64,000 nt of DNA from Chloroflexota bacterium (GTDB lineage Bacteria > Chloroflexota > Dehalococcoidia > UBA2979). The stretch lies in NCBI GenBank assembly GCA_027593235.1, contig JAQCIU010000001.1:103132-167131 (forward strand). Reading direction: 5' to 3'. Positions within the stretch are counted from its first letter, which is position 1. Each line of letters begins with the position of its first letter. The notes beneath the pieces are model-generated. The model was not told the DNA's origin. It did no database searches and saw only the letters and a list, made by a program, of their open reading frames with translations. Positions 45,199 through 54,293 of this stretch are shown in pieces. Both the position numbers and the translations under genes were made by a program.

Positions 45199-45331
45199 CG
45201 GGGGCTCCTGAACTCACACCGGTGACGCGACTTCGCGATCGCGATTGTGAGCAGGCCGCCGTTACGAACACATCAGAACGACAACAGAGCGAATACGGGC
45301 AGCAGACGGTCGTTTCGCGCGGGCGAGCCGG

Positions 45332-46201
45332 CTAGCCCGCGACGCTTGCCGTCGCGATCAGCACGATCGTGCCGTCATCCTTCTCGATCCAAGCGAAGAC
45401 GCCCTCGCGCGACGGATCCTCCTCGGTCGGACCAGTGGCGACGCCCTTGACCGTGACGTGGTCGTTTGGCCAGGTCGGGTTGGTGAACTTCACGTCGAGC
45501 CGTCCGCTGGTCCACCACGGCGCCCCGAAGTGCCCGTCCAGCAGGTGCCCGAGGTAGGACATCGTCATCCGCCCGCCGACGACCACGTCGCCAAAGCCGA
45601 GCGCCTTCGAGGCTTCAAGATCGGTGTGGTAGCTCTTGCTGCCGTGGAAGTACTGGCCGCACATCTCCAGCGTGACCGATCGATCGAGGGGTGCGAGCGC
45701 GTCGCCCTCCGGGACGATGAACTTGCGCGCACCTTCCTTCTTGGTCGGGTCGCGGAACTGGACCTCTTCGGGCGGTGGGTTGAGGAGGAACGACTGGTGG
45801 TGGTTGGAAGTGATCACGGCCTGTCCGTTGGCGTCGACCACCGAGACGGCGGTGTTCACCACCGTGCGGTCGCGTCGCTCGTAGATCTCCTCGATGGTGG
45901 CGTGGGTCTGGTAGGCCCCGTCGACCTGGAGCGGGGCGTGCCACGCCCACTGCTGGCGCATCCAGAGGTGGCCCTTGTCCTGCCGGAAGCGGCTGTACTC
46001 GTGGTAGTTGTCGGCGGCGGTGGCGATCATCGTCGGGACCGGCACGTCGCCGTGATCGAACGGGGCGCGATCGAGTTGCAGGCCCTCGAAGTAGTCGCGG
46101 AGCAGCGCGGGGGTGACGACCCAGTCGAGCGTGGGAAGCGTCTTGCCGACGCTGGGCTCACCGAGCGGTGGGGCGGGGCGGTCGCTGGTTTCGGTCGTCA
46201 T
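45332..46201 (-). CDS. MaoC-family dehydratase-like double hotdog protein
   Basis: The 289-aa ORF has high third-position GC. The hotdog-like C-terminal half reads VVGGRMTMSYLGHLL...VTVKGVATG. Confidence 0.6.
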   Translation of the reverse strand: MTTETSDRPAPPLGEPSVGKTLPTLDWVVTPALLRDYFEGLQLDRAPFDHGDVPVPTMIATAADNYHEYSRFRQDKGHLWMRQQWAWHAPLQVDGAYQTHATIEEIYERRDRTVVNTAVSVVDANGQAVITSNHHQSFLLNPPPEEVQFRDPTKKEGARKFIVPEGDALAPLDRSVTLEMCGQYFHGSKSYHTDLEASKALGFGDVVVGGRMTMSYLGHLLDGHFGAPWWTSGRLDVKFTNPTWPNDHVTVKGVATGPTEEDPSREGVFAWIEKDDGTIVLIATASVAG

Positions 46202-46305
46202 GATTGAAGCTCCTCACGGCTGTTTTCCCCGATCGGGAGCGGTTTGTCCAGTACGAGCGTTGTACAGGCAGCCGGCGCGCGCGACGAGCGGTCCGGTCGC
46301 GCTAT

Positions 46306-46331
46306 GGTTCCCGAACCGCGGTTCGGGAACC
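46306..46331. promoter_or_regulatory. Perfect 26-bp palindrome GGTTCCCGAACCGCGGTTCGGGAACC in a divergent intergenic region
   Basis: Read directly, it is its own reverse complement. It lies between the hotdog gene (start 46201, minus strand) and the PQQ-type dehydrogenase. Its function is unknown. Confidence 0.5.
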
Positions 46332-46356
46332 GCGACGCAGCTTCGGAGCCACGACC

Positions 46357-47520
46357 ATCTGCCGAATCGTCGCCATTCTGGTGCTTGCCGTGTGCGCGAC
46401 GCTGGCCGTGGTGGCGCTCGCGGCCTGTGGCGACGAGACGCCGGCCGAGCCGCCGGCGCTGCCGCCGCTGGAGCTGGCGCCGATCCTCGGAGGCCACGCC
46501 TACGCCGAACCGATCGAGGTAGGCGTCTACCCCGGCGATCGCCTGTTCGTGGCGGAACGCGGCGGGCGTGTGCTGCTGGTCAGCGAGGACGATCCGGACG
46601 GCGCGGTGCTCCTCGACATCACCGATCGCGCGGACTCCGACTTCGGCGAGGGCGTGCTGTCGGTCGCCCTCGATCCCGCCTTCGAGGTCAACGGGTACCT
46701 CTGGGTCTACTACTTCGTCGATCCGAAGCCGGACCGGACGTTGCTGTCGCGGTTCACCGTGGTGGACGACGCAGCCGATCCGGCCAGCGAGCTGGTGGTG
46801 CTGGAATTACAGCAGCCGGGCTTCAACCAGAACGGCGGCGCGATTCGCTTCGGGCCCGCGGACGATCTCCTCTACCTGAGCCTGGGCGATGGCAGCGCCT
46901 CCACCGATCCGTTCGAGAACGGGCAGAACCTGGGCACGCTGCTGGGATCGGTGATCCGGATCGATGTGCGCGAGTCCTCGGAGGCCGCGCCGTACGCGGT
47001 GCCGCCGGACAACCCGTTCGTGGCTACCGAGGGCGCGCGCCCGGAGATCTGGGCCTACGGCCTGCGGAACCCCTGGCGGATGGCGTTCGACGCGGAAAGC
47101 GGCGAGTTGTGGCTGGGGGATGTGCAGGTCTCGTCGTCCGAGGAGGTCGATCGGGTGTCGCGCGGCGACAACCTGGGCTGGCCAATCATGGAGGGCTCCG
47201 GGTGCCTGTCGCAGGGCGGGTGCGATCCGACCGGCCTCGTGTTGCCTCGTACGACCTACCCGCACGGCGAGGGCCGCTGCGCCGTGATCGGTGGGGTCGT
47301 CTACCGCGGCGAGGCGATCGAGGCGTTGCGCGGCCGTTACCCCTTCGGCGAGTTCTGTCGCGGCGATATCTGGGCGATCGAGCGGGAGGGCGATGCGCCC
47401 GCCGAGACGCTGGCGGTGGTGGACGGCAACCCGGTCTCGTTCGGGACGGACGGCGATGGCGAAGTGCTGATATTGGAACTGCGCGGCGGCGTGATTTTCC
47501 GACTGCAACCCGCCGACTGA
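46357..47520 (+). CDS. PQQ-dependent sugar dehydrogenase-like beta-propeller lipoprotein; start uncertain (ATC 46357, GTG 46381 or TTG 46204)
   Basis: NGGAIRFGPDDLLYLSLGDG, YGLRNPWRMAFD and NLGWPIMEG motifs are present. The lipobox VVALAAC follows RIVAILVLAVCATLA. The 51 codons after TTG 46204 have non-coding-like third positions. Confidence 0.75.
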   Translation: MCRIVAILVLAVCATLAVVALAACGDETPAEPPALPPLELAPILGGHAYAEPIEVGVYPGDRLFVAERGGRVLLVSEDDPDGAVLLDITDRADSDFGEGVLSVALDPAFEVNGYLWVYYFVDPKPDRTLLSRFTVVDDAADPASELVVLELQQPGFNQNGGAIRFGPADDLLYLSLGDGSASTDPFENGQNLGTLLGSVIRIDVRESSEAAPYAVPPDNPFVATEGARPEIWAYGLRNPWRMAFDAESGELWLGDVQVSSSEEVDRVSRGDNLGWPIMEGSGCLSQGGCDPTGLVLPRTTYPHGEGRCAVIGGVVYRGEAIEALRGRYPFGEFCRGDIWAIEREGDAPAETLAVVDGNPVSFGTDGDGEVLILELRGGVIFRLQPAD

Positions 47521-47659
47521 TCCTGATTCGCGATTTTTGTTGGCGAGCCACACGGGGTCCGGGGGCGATCCGGCTGTGTCCATTGCCGCTACTCGGACGC
47601 CTCGCTACCGTCGGCTGAGCGCCGCGCCCACCCACGCGTGCCAGGGTTCGAGGCCAATC

Positions 47660-48343
47660 GTGCACTCGCCACTTCCGCCCGCCCCATTCCGGACGATCCT
47701 CCTCGGGCTGTTGATCGCCCTCGGTGGACTCGCGCTTGCGTGCGGTGGGTCGGACGGCGAGCCGACGGCGCCAGCGCTGACCGCCGAGGAGCAGGTGGTC
47801 GCGGACCTCGGGCTGGCCGGTTCGGCGTTCCCGGTGGCGCTCGCGAAGCCCGACTTTGTACTGACGAACGCGGCGACCGGCGCGCCATACGACTTCCGCG
47901 CGGAGACGGCGGGGCAGGTCACGTTGCTCTACTTCGGCTACACGAACTGCCCGGACGTCTGCCCGGTGCACATGGCGAACATCGCCGCCGCACTCGATCA
48001 GGCCCCATTCGAGGTGCGCGACGCGGTCCGCGTGGTTTTCGTTGGCGTCGACGCACCTCGCGACAGCGCGGAGCGGGTCCGCGACTGGCTGGACTTCTTC
48101 GATCGCGACTTCATCGGGCTCACCGGCACCGAGGAGGAACTGGCCGCGGCGCAGACGGCGGCGCAGGTGCCGGTGGCGTTCATCGACAGCGAGTTCGACG
48201 GGGGCTATACCGTCGCGCACGCCGGGTGGATCTTCCTCTACACGCGGGACAACCTGGCACACCTCCGCTACCCGAGCGGGATCCGCCAGGCCGCCTGGGC
48301 GCACGACCTGGAATTGCTGACGACCGAGGGATGGCCATCGTGA
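47660..48343 (+). CDS. SCO1/SenC family copper chaperone (thioredoxin fold)
   Basis: GTG 47660 follows GAGG. The product has a lipoprotein-like signal (LGGLALAC) and the YFGYTNCPDVCP CxxxC motif. Confidence 0.85.
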   Translation: MHSPLPPAPFRTILLGLLIALGGLALACGGSDGEPTAPALTAEEQVVADLGLAGSAFPVALAKPDFVLTNAATGAPYDFRAETAGQVTLLYFGYTNCPDVCPVHMANIAAALDQAPFEVRDAVRVVFVGVDAPRDSAERVRDWLDFFDRDFIGLTGTEEELAAAQTAAQVPVAFIDSEFDGGYTVAHAGWIFLYTRDNLAHLRYPSGIRQAAWAHDLELLTTEGWPS

Positions 48344-48876
48344 TGCCACGCCGCAGTTCGCTGTTGGTCCCGCTGGCGCTGCTGATCGCCGCGCTGGTCG
48401 CCTCGGGCTGCTCGGGGGATGACGATGGCGCCGCCGCCGACGCCACCGTCGCGCGCGGCGCCGTGCTGGCGGAGACCGCCAACCTCGCGATCTACGACGC
48501 GTTCATCCCGGTTCCGGCGACGGATATCGGCGCGCTCTACTTCGAGATGGTGGACACGGACGGTGGTGGCGACCGGCTACTCGGGGTGACGACCACCGTC
48601 GCCGTGATGACCCACTTCCATTCGACCGTGATCGACGGAGACACCTCGCGCATGCTGCCGGTCGCCGGCGGCATCGTGCTGCCACCGGACGGTGCGACGA
48701 AGCTTGCGCCGGGTGGGCTGCACGTGATGCTGATGAACCTCGTCACCCCGCTCACCGCCGGCGACACCGTCCAGGTGACGCTCCAGTTCGAACGCGCCGG
48801 CGCGGTGACGATCGAGGTGCCGGTGCTGCGCTATGAGGACACCGGCATCCTCGGCGGATCGGGCGCCGGGTCGTGA
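48331..48876 (+). CDS. Copper chaperone PCu(A)C (DUF461)
   Basis: The lipoprotein signal is LLIAALVASGC. His/Met motifs (VMTHFHS, GGLHVMLMNL) are present. The start is 48331, 48340 or 48343, overlapping the SCO stop. Confidence 0.8.
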   Translation: MAIVMPRRSSLLVPLALLIAALVASGCSGDDDGAAADATVARGAVLAETANLAIYDAFIPVPATDIGALYFEMVDTDGGGDRLLGVTTTVAVMTHFHSTVIDGDTSRMLPVAGGIVLPPDGATKLAPGGLHVMLMNLVTPLTAGDTVQVTLQFERAGAVTIEVPVLRYEDTGILGGSGAGS

Positions 48877-48922
48877 TCACGCTACGCGCGCTGAGCGAAC
48901 GGCGTTGCGGACTGGCGCGCCG

Positions 48923-49759
48923 ATGAACGTCGGCTGGTGGTGCTCGGCGCAGAAGGGCCCGTGGTCCTGGGCGCCGCAATACTTCCCGGGCATCTGGTTG
49001 ACGATGCTCGCGATCCTCGTGGGCTACGTGTACGCGATCCGTCGCATCGGGCCCTCGAAGGTGGCGGCGGGCGAGCCGGTGGTGACGCGATCGCAGGTGC
49101 TGTCGTTCGCCGTGGGGTACGTGCTGCTCTGGATCGCGACGGACTGGCCGCTGGGCGTGTTGGGCGCGGGGTACCTGCTGACCGTGCACACGATCCAGTA
49201 CGTGATGTACTCGCTGATCGTCGCGCCGCTGCTGATCCGAGGCACGCCAATCTGGCTACGCCACGTGGTGCTGGACGCGCCGGGCCTCGGCTGGGCGCGG
49301 GCCCTCGTGGACCGGCCATTCGCGGCCTTCATCCTGTTCAACGTCACGCTCGCGCTGACGCACATGCCGTTCATCGCGGACCGGCTCAAACCGATCCAGT
49401 TCGGCTCGATGGCGATCGACGCGCTCTGGCTGGTCGCGGCGCTGATCTTCTGGTTGGCCCTCGGCACCTTCGACGAGCGCGAGGGCGCCTCGTCGGCGCA
49501 CGCGAAGCGGCTGCTCTACGTCATTGGCATCACGCTGCTGCCGACGATCCCAGGCGCGTTCTATGTCTACGCCGAGTTCCCGATCTACACGACGTTCGAG
49601 TTTGCGACGCGCGCGGTGGGCGATCTGACGGCGAAGGAAGATCAGGTGATCGCGGGCCTGGTGATGTGGGTCGGGATGACACCGATCCTGCTCTTCCGCC
49701 TGTGGCTGGCTTTCTTCGATTGGTCCGCAGCCGAATCAAACCGCGCCGGCGAAGTCTGA
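48923..49759 (+). CDS. ctaG: Cytochrome c oxidase assembly protein CtaG (caa3-type, membrane)
   Basis: ATG 48923. The polytopic protein (WSWAPQYFPGIWLTMLAIL...HTIQYVMYS...) is the intact paralog of 12782..13965. Confidence 0.75.
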   Translation: MNVGWWCSAQKGPWSWAPQYFPGIWLTMLAILVGYVYAIRRIGPSKVAAGEPVVTRSQVLSFAVGYVLLWIATDWPLGVLGAGYLLTVHTIQYVMYSLIVAPLLIRGTPIWLRHVVLDAPGLGWARALVDRPFAAFILFNVTLALTHMPFIADRLKPIQFGSMAIDALWLVAALIFWLALGTFDEREGASSAHAKRLLYVIGITLLPTIPGAFYVYAEFPIYTTFEFATRAVGDLTAKEDQVIAGLVMWVGMTPILLFRLWLAFFDWSAAESNRAGEV

Positions 49760-49884
49760 CCCGCGGCTTCTACGGCGCCTTCGGCGCGTGACGACCCTTC
49801 GGGGGCGTGCCGACGTGGCTCGGCGGTTGCTTCGGGCCTCGAGGGCTGCTTGCTCGTTCGGAGCGGAGCGCGGGAGCGCGGCTC

Positions 49885-50589
49885 CTAGACCAACTCGTGC
49901 TGGGCGGAGACGGCCATCAGGTCGACCTTCGCGCGGAACTCGTCGACGTCGAGGCTCATGATCTGGAGATCGTGGAGCTGGCCGTCGCGATCGATGAGCT
50001 GGTTGCGGAGGCGTGCTTCGCGTTCGAAGCCGATGTGGCCAAAGACGCGCATCGCCGCCTGCTGGTCGGTGGTCATCTGCGCGATCATCTTGCGCACGCC
50101 ACGCTCGCGGGCGAAGGCGAATGCCTGCTCGATCAGCAAGCGGCCGAGCTGCTGTCCGCGCATCCGAGGGCTGACGAGGATCCGCAGCTCCGCGACGTGG
50201 CGCGTCCAGGCGAGGCCGTCCGACGCCACCGTGGCGTAGCCGACGATCTCATTGTCCTTGAGCGCGAGGATCGTGAGGTAGCGCGCCGCGGCGATGTCGG
50301 CTACCCAGTCGTCGACGACTTCGGGCTGCGTGATGTCACGGCGCAGGAAGAGCAGATCGTGGGGCGGCAGGCTGTTCGCGAAGACGAGCATCGCCTCGCG
50401 GTCGCGGGACTCCATCGGACGGAGACTGATCGGGCCACCGCTCAGTTCGACCGTGGCGGGAAACTCGAACGGCTCCAGCCGTTGCGCGGCAGCCTGGTTC
50501 GCGACGCGCCAGCTCCGGCCAGCGAGTAGTGACATCAACGTGTCGCCGAATCCCATCAGGGTGCCTCCCGCGTCATCGCGCTTATGCAT
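49885..50589 (-). CDS. GNAT family N-acetyltransferase
   Basis: The acetyl-CoA motif is ILVSPRMRGQQLGRLLIEQAFAFARERG. The start may be an internal ATG (MGFGD or MSLL). Confidence 0.75.
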   Translation of the reverse strand: MHKRDDAGGTLMGFGDTLMSLLAGRSWRVANQAAAQRLEPFEFPATVELSGGPISLRPMESRDREAMLVFANSLPPHDLLFLRRDITQPEVVDDWVADIAAARYLTILALKDNEIVGYATVASDGLAWTRHVAELRILVSPRMRGQQLGRLLIEQAFAFARERGVRKMIAQMTTDQQAAMRVFGHIGFEREARLRNQLIDRDGQLHDLQIMSLDVDEFRAKVDLMAVSAQHELV

Positions 50590-50686
50590 TCAGTATGCGG
50601 GTCGGGGGGACGCGACTCGTGCCGGGGTTCACGAGCCGCCGTGCGTCGCTCACCGGCGTCTGACGGCCTCGGAACCGCCGATCGCG

Positions 50687-51595
50687 CTAACCCTGACTGC
50701 GCAGGAACGCGCCGATCTCGAGGATCGCGGCGCGGCTCTCCGGAAGTTCGGGATCGAGCTGCGGGTAGATGTGGATGCCGCCGGGCTCGACCGTGACCGT
50801 GGTGCGAACGCCGGCCGCGCGCGCCTTGTCGGCGAACTCCAGCGTGTCGTCGAGCAGCACCTCGTGATCGGCAACCACCAGGTGGATCGGCGGGAAGCCG
50901 GCGAGGTCACCGAACAGCGGCGACGCGAGTGGCTGCTTCAGATCGGCGTCGCCCATGTACTGCGTCTGGAACCCGGCCAGCAGCGCCGGATCAACGAACA
51001 ACGGATCGATCCCGTGGCGTGACTGGCGCGAGGGGCGGGTGTTGCTGACGTCGGTCCAGGCGGAGATGGAGAAAGCGGCACTCGGCGCCGGCGCTCCGGA
51101 GTCGCGCGCGTTGAGCACCGTGGCGAAGGTGAGGCCGCCACCCGCGGAGTCGCCGCCGATGAAGGAGGCGCTGGCGGCGGACGCGCCGTCCGGGCCGTTC
51201 GTGAGCATCCAGCGGTAAGCGGCGAGCGCGTCATCGACGGCCGCCGGGAAGGGGTGTTCCGGCGCGAGCCGGTAATCGAGGACCAGCGCGGCGCAGCCGG
51301 AGGCGCGGGAGATGTCCGCGGCAAGCCGGCGATGGGTGAGCGCGGAGAGCAGCACGTAGCCGCCACCGTGGAGGTAGAGGATGCGCCGTGCCGGGTCGGC
51401 GCCCGGCGCGACGACCCAGTCGGCGGGGACGCCGCCGGCATCCACGTGGGTGACCGTTACATCCTCGGGAGCCGGGCGCGCCATCGAGTCCGCGCCGGCA
51501 CGCATCGTTGCGAGGTCCGGGCGCGGCTGATCGGCGGCAGCCGCCATTTGCTCGGCGCGCGTCTTGAGGAACGCCTGCATTGCTGGTGAGTTCAT
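50687..51595 (-). CDS. Alpha/beta hydrolase, hormone-sensitive-lipase-like esterase
   Basis: The oxyanion motif is HGGGY and the nucleophile elbow is GDSAGG. Confidence 0.85.
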   Translation of the reverse strand: MNSPAMQAFLKTRAEQMAAAADQPRPDLATMRAGADSMARPAPEDVTVTHVDAGGVPADWVVAPGADPARRILYLHGGGYVLLSALTHRRLAADISRASGCAALVLDYRLAPEHPFPAAVDDALAAYRWMLTNGPDGASAASASFIGGDSAGGGLTFATVLNARDSGAPAPSAAFSISAWTDVSNTRPSRQSRHGIDPLFVDPALLAGFQTQYMGDADLKQPLASPLFGDLAGFPPIHLVVADHEVLLDDTLEFADKARAAGVRTTVTVEPGGIHIYPQLDPELPESRAAILEIGAFLRSQG

Positions 51596-51695
51596 CCGTC
51601 GGGCCTCCTCAGGCGATGCGATGTGAGCGATGCGCGTGCGTGTCCGGCACGTCCGGTAGTGTGACGAGCGTGATTCTGGCAGACCCGCCGGGATC

Positions 51696-52130
51696 GTGGG
51701 AACGGCGATTGGGGCGATTGTGGGCGATCCGGTGGCTTCCGAGGTGGTGGCAGGCGACTTCCTGGGCCTGATCGGCCTCGTGCCTCGTATCGAGGACGGC
51801 GCCCGCGTCTACGAGATCGCGGTCACCTCGGCGCTGATGAACCCCTACGGCGTGCTGCATGGCGGCGTGGTGTACTCGCTGGCGGACACCAGCATGGGCG
51901 GGGCGCTCTCGCCGGAACTGGCGCCGAACGAACGCACCGCGACGATCGAGATCACCATCCACTACCTGGCTCCCGTCCGCGCCGGCACGATCCGCGCGGA
52001 GACGAAGGTGGTGCAACGCGGTCGCCGCGTCGCCACGCTGGAGTCCGACGTGCACAACGTCACCCCCGATGGTGAGAGCCGGCTGGTCGCGAAGGCCCTC
52101 GGTTCGTTCGCGATCTTCGAGGTCAAATAG
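51696..52130 (+). CDS. PaaI-family hotdog thioesterase
   Basis: NPYGVLHGGVVYSLADTSMGGAL matches the family. Confidence 0.8.
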   Translation: MGTAIGAIVGDPVASEVVAGDFLGLIGLVPRIEDGARVYEIAVTSALMNPYGVLHGGVVYSLADTSMGGALSPELAPNERTATIEITIHYLAPVRAGTIRAETKVVQRGRRVATLESDVHNVTPDGESRLVAKALGSFAIFEVK

Positions 52131-52133
52131 ACG

Positions 52134-53621
52134 ATGTTCGATCACGAGCGCGCGCTCCTCGCGATTGACCTCGGCACGACGCGGGTCAAGGTCGCCGCGT
52201 TCTCCGAGGATGGGCGGCTGCTGGGCCGCGAGGCGGCGCGCAACCGCGAGCACCGGCTGCGCGAGGGCGACAGCGACCGCGCCTGGCAGGATCCGGACGA
52301 GTGGTGGAGTGACGCCGTCGCGCTGACCCGCCGCCTGCTCGCGCGCCCGGAACTGGACGGGTTGGAGATCGCGGGCATCGGCCTGTCGGCACGCGCCAAC
52401 GGCTTCGCCGCGATCGACGCGGACGGCACGGTGCTCGCACCATCGTGGTCGGACGGGCGGCATCTCGATCAGATTCGCCTGCTGCACGAATGGCGTGCCA
52501 GCGGCTATCACCTCTCGAACTACGCCGCCGGCCTGATCGCGCGCTGGCGCTGGCTGGAGCAGAACGAGCCGGCGGTCGCCGAGCGCACCACCCGGCTGCT
52601 CTACGCCAAGGACTTCCTCGTCTACCGGCTGACCGGCGAGGCGGTGACCGACCCGACCTCCGGCCCGGATCGCGAGGACTTCGATCCGCGTTCGATCGCC
52701 GGGTTGGGGCTGCCGCGCGATCTGCTGCCGCGGGTGGCGATGCCGTGGACGCTCGCCGGCGCGCTGACCAGCGAGGCCGCGATCGCCCTCGGGCTTCCCG
52801 TCGGGACGCCGGTGTCGGTTGGCGGGCACGACGGAATCTGCGCCAACGTCGGCGCGGCGGCGGGCACCGTGGGCGCGTATGCGATCACCATCGGCACGCA
52901 CGCCGTGGTGCGCGCCGTGACGGCGGATCTCGTGCCGGACGGATACCGCTTCTACGGGCTGCCGCCTGATCGCCACATCTACGGCGGCAACGCGGTGATG
53001 GCAGGGCGCGCGGCGGACTGGTTCCTCGATACCTGGCTCGGGAACCCGGACGACGCCGGCCGCGAGGACGCCTTCGCGGCGATGGACGCGGCCGCGATGG
53101 GCGTTCCGCCCGGTTCCGAGGGAGTGCGCTTCCTCCCCTTCCTCGCCGGGCAGGTCGCACCGGAGCTGCGCCCGGGCGCCAGCGGCGCCTTCATTGGCCT
53201 CCACGGATCGCACGGCCGCGCCGAGATGTTCCGCGCGGTCCTGGAAGGCGGCGCGTTCGCGATTCGCGCGATCTTCGAGCAGGTCCTCGAATGGGGCGGC
53301 GAGCCCTCGGTGGTGCGGTTCACGGGGAGCGGCGCGACCAGCCCGCTCTGGCCGCAGATCATCGTGGACACGCTGCGGCACCCGGTCGAAGCGACCGATG
53401 GCGCGGTCGAGGCCCGCGGCGCGGCGATGTATGCGGCGGTCGCCCTCGAGATGTACGCCGACATCGATGAGGCGGCGCAGGCGATGGTGCAGGTGTCGCG
53501 CGTGGTCACGCCCGACACCGCGCGCGCCGATCGCTATGACGCGCTCTACGGCGACTGGCAGCAGGTGAACGAGGCGCTGCGCCCGCTCGATCAGCGTGAG
53601 CGGATGACGGGGCACCTCTAG
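52134..53621 (+). CDS. FGGY-family carbohydrate kinase (xylulokinase-like)
   Basis: LAIDLGTTRVKVAAF, GGHDGICANVGAG-type and FTGSGATSPLWPQI motifs are present. Confidence 0.85.
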   Translation: MFDHERALLAIDLGTTRVKVAAFSEDGRLLGREAARNREHRLREGDSDRAWQDPDEWWSDAVALTRRLLARPELDGLEIAGIGLSARANGFAAIDADGTVLAPSWSDGRHLDQIRLLHEWRASGYHLSNYAAGLIARWRWLEQNEPAVAERTTRLLYAKDFLVYRLTGEAVTDPTSGPDREDFDPRSIAGLGLPRDLLPRVAMPWTLAGALTSEAAIALGLPVGTPVSVGGHDGICANVGAAAGTVGAYAITIGTHAVVRAVTADLVPDGYRFYGLPPDRHIYGGNAVMAGRAADWFLDTWLGNPDDAGREDAFAAMDAAAMGVPPGSEGVRFLPFLAGQVAPELRPGASGAFIGLHGSHGRAEMFRAVLEGGAFAIRAIFEQVLEWGGEPSVVRFTGSGATSPLWPQIIVDTLRHPVEATDGAVEARGAAMYAAVALEMYADIDEAAQAMVQVSRVVTPDTARADRYDALYGDWQQVNEALRPLDQRERMTGHL

Positions 53622-53657
53622 GCGAGCCGCACGCTCGAGGGAAGGACGACTTCAGAC

Positions 53658-54284
53658 ATGTCGATCGAGTTCCTGCTGACCTCGTTGATCGTCGTCGTGA
53701 TCCCCGGGACCGGCGTGCTGTACACCGTGTCGAGTGCCCTCGGTGGTGGCCTGCGCGTCGGCCTCTTCGCCGCAGTCGGTTGCACGCTCGGCATCGTGCC
53801 GCACCTGCTGGCGGCGATGCTCGGGCTCTCCGGGATCATGCAAGCGGGCGCCGCCGCCTTCGAGGTGCTGCGCTACGCCGGCGTCGCCTACCTGATCTAC
53901 ATGGGCATCTCGATGATCCGCGACCGCGGTGCATTCCAGTTCGACGGTCAGCCCGCTGACCGCGAGCGCGCACGCGGACCGATGCTCGCCGTGGTCCGGC
54001 GCGGGATTCTGCTCAACGTGCTCAACCCGAAGCTGACGATCTTCTTTTTCGCCTTCTTGCCGCAGTTCCTCGATCGCTCGGCCGGCCCGCTCGATCCGCG
54101 GCTGGTCGGTCTCGCAGGGGTGTTCATGGCGATGACGCTGGCGGTCTTCGCCGGGTACGCCTACGCGAGCGCCGCGGCGCGCGAGTTCGTCCTCGGCGCT
54201 CCCGCCGTTCGACGGTGGATCCAACGCTCACTCGGCGCGCTGCTGATCGGCTTCGCGGCAAAGCTTGCAACCACGGATCGGTAG
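53658..54284 (+). CDS. LysE/RhtB family amino-acid exporter
   Basis: IPGTGVLYTVS and LNPKLTIFFFAFLPQF motifs are present, with 6 TM helices. Confidence 0.85.
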   Translation: MSIEFLLTSLIVVVIPGTGVLYTVSSALGGGLRVGLFAAVGCTLGIVPHLLAAMLGLSGIMQAGAAAFEVLRYAGVAYLIYMGISMIRDRGAFQFDGQPADRERARGPMLAVVRRGILLNVLNPKLTIFFFAFLPQFLDRSAGPLDPRLVGLAGVFMAMTLAVFAGYAYASAAAREFVLGAPAVRRWIQRSLGALLIGFAAKLATTDR

Positions 54285-54293
54285 GACGCTCCG

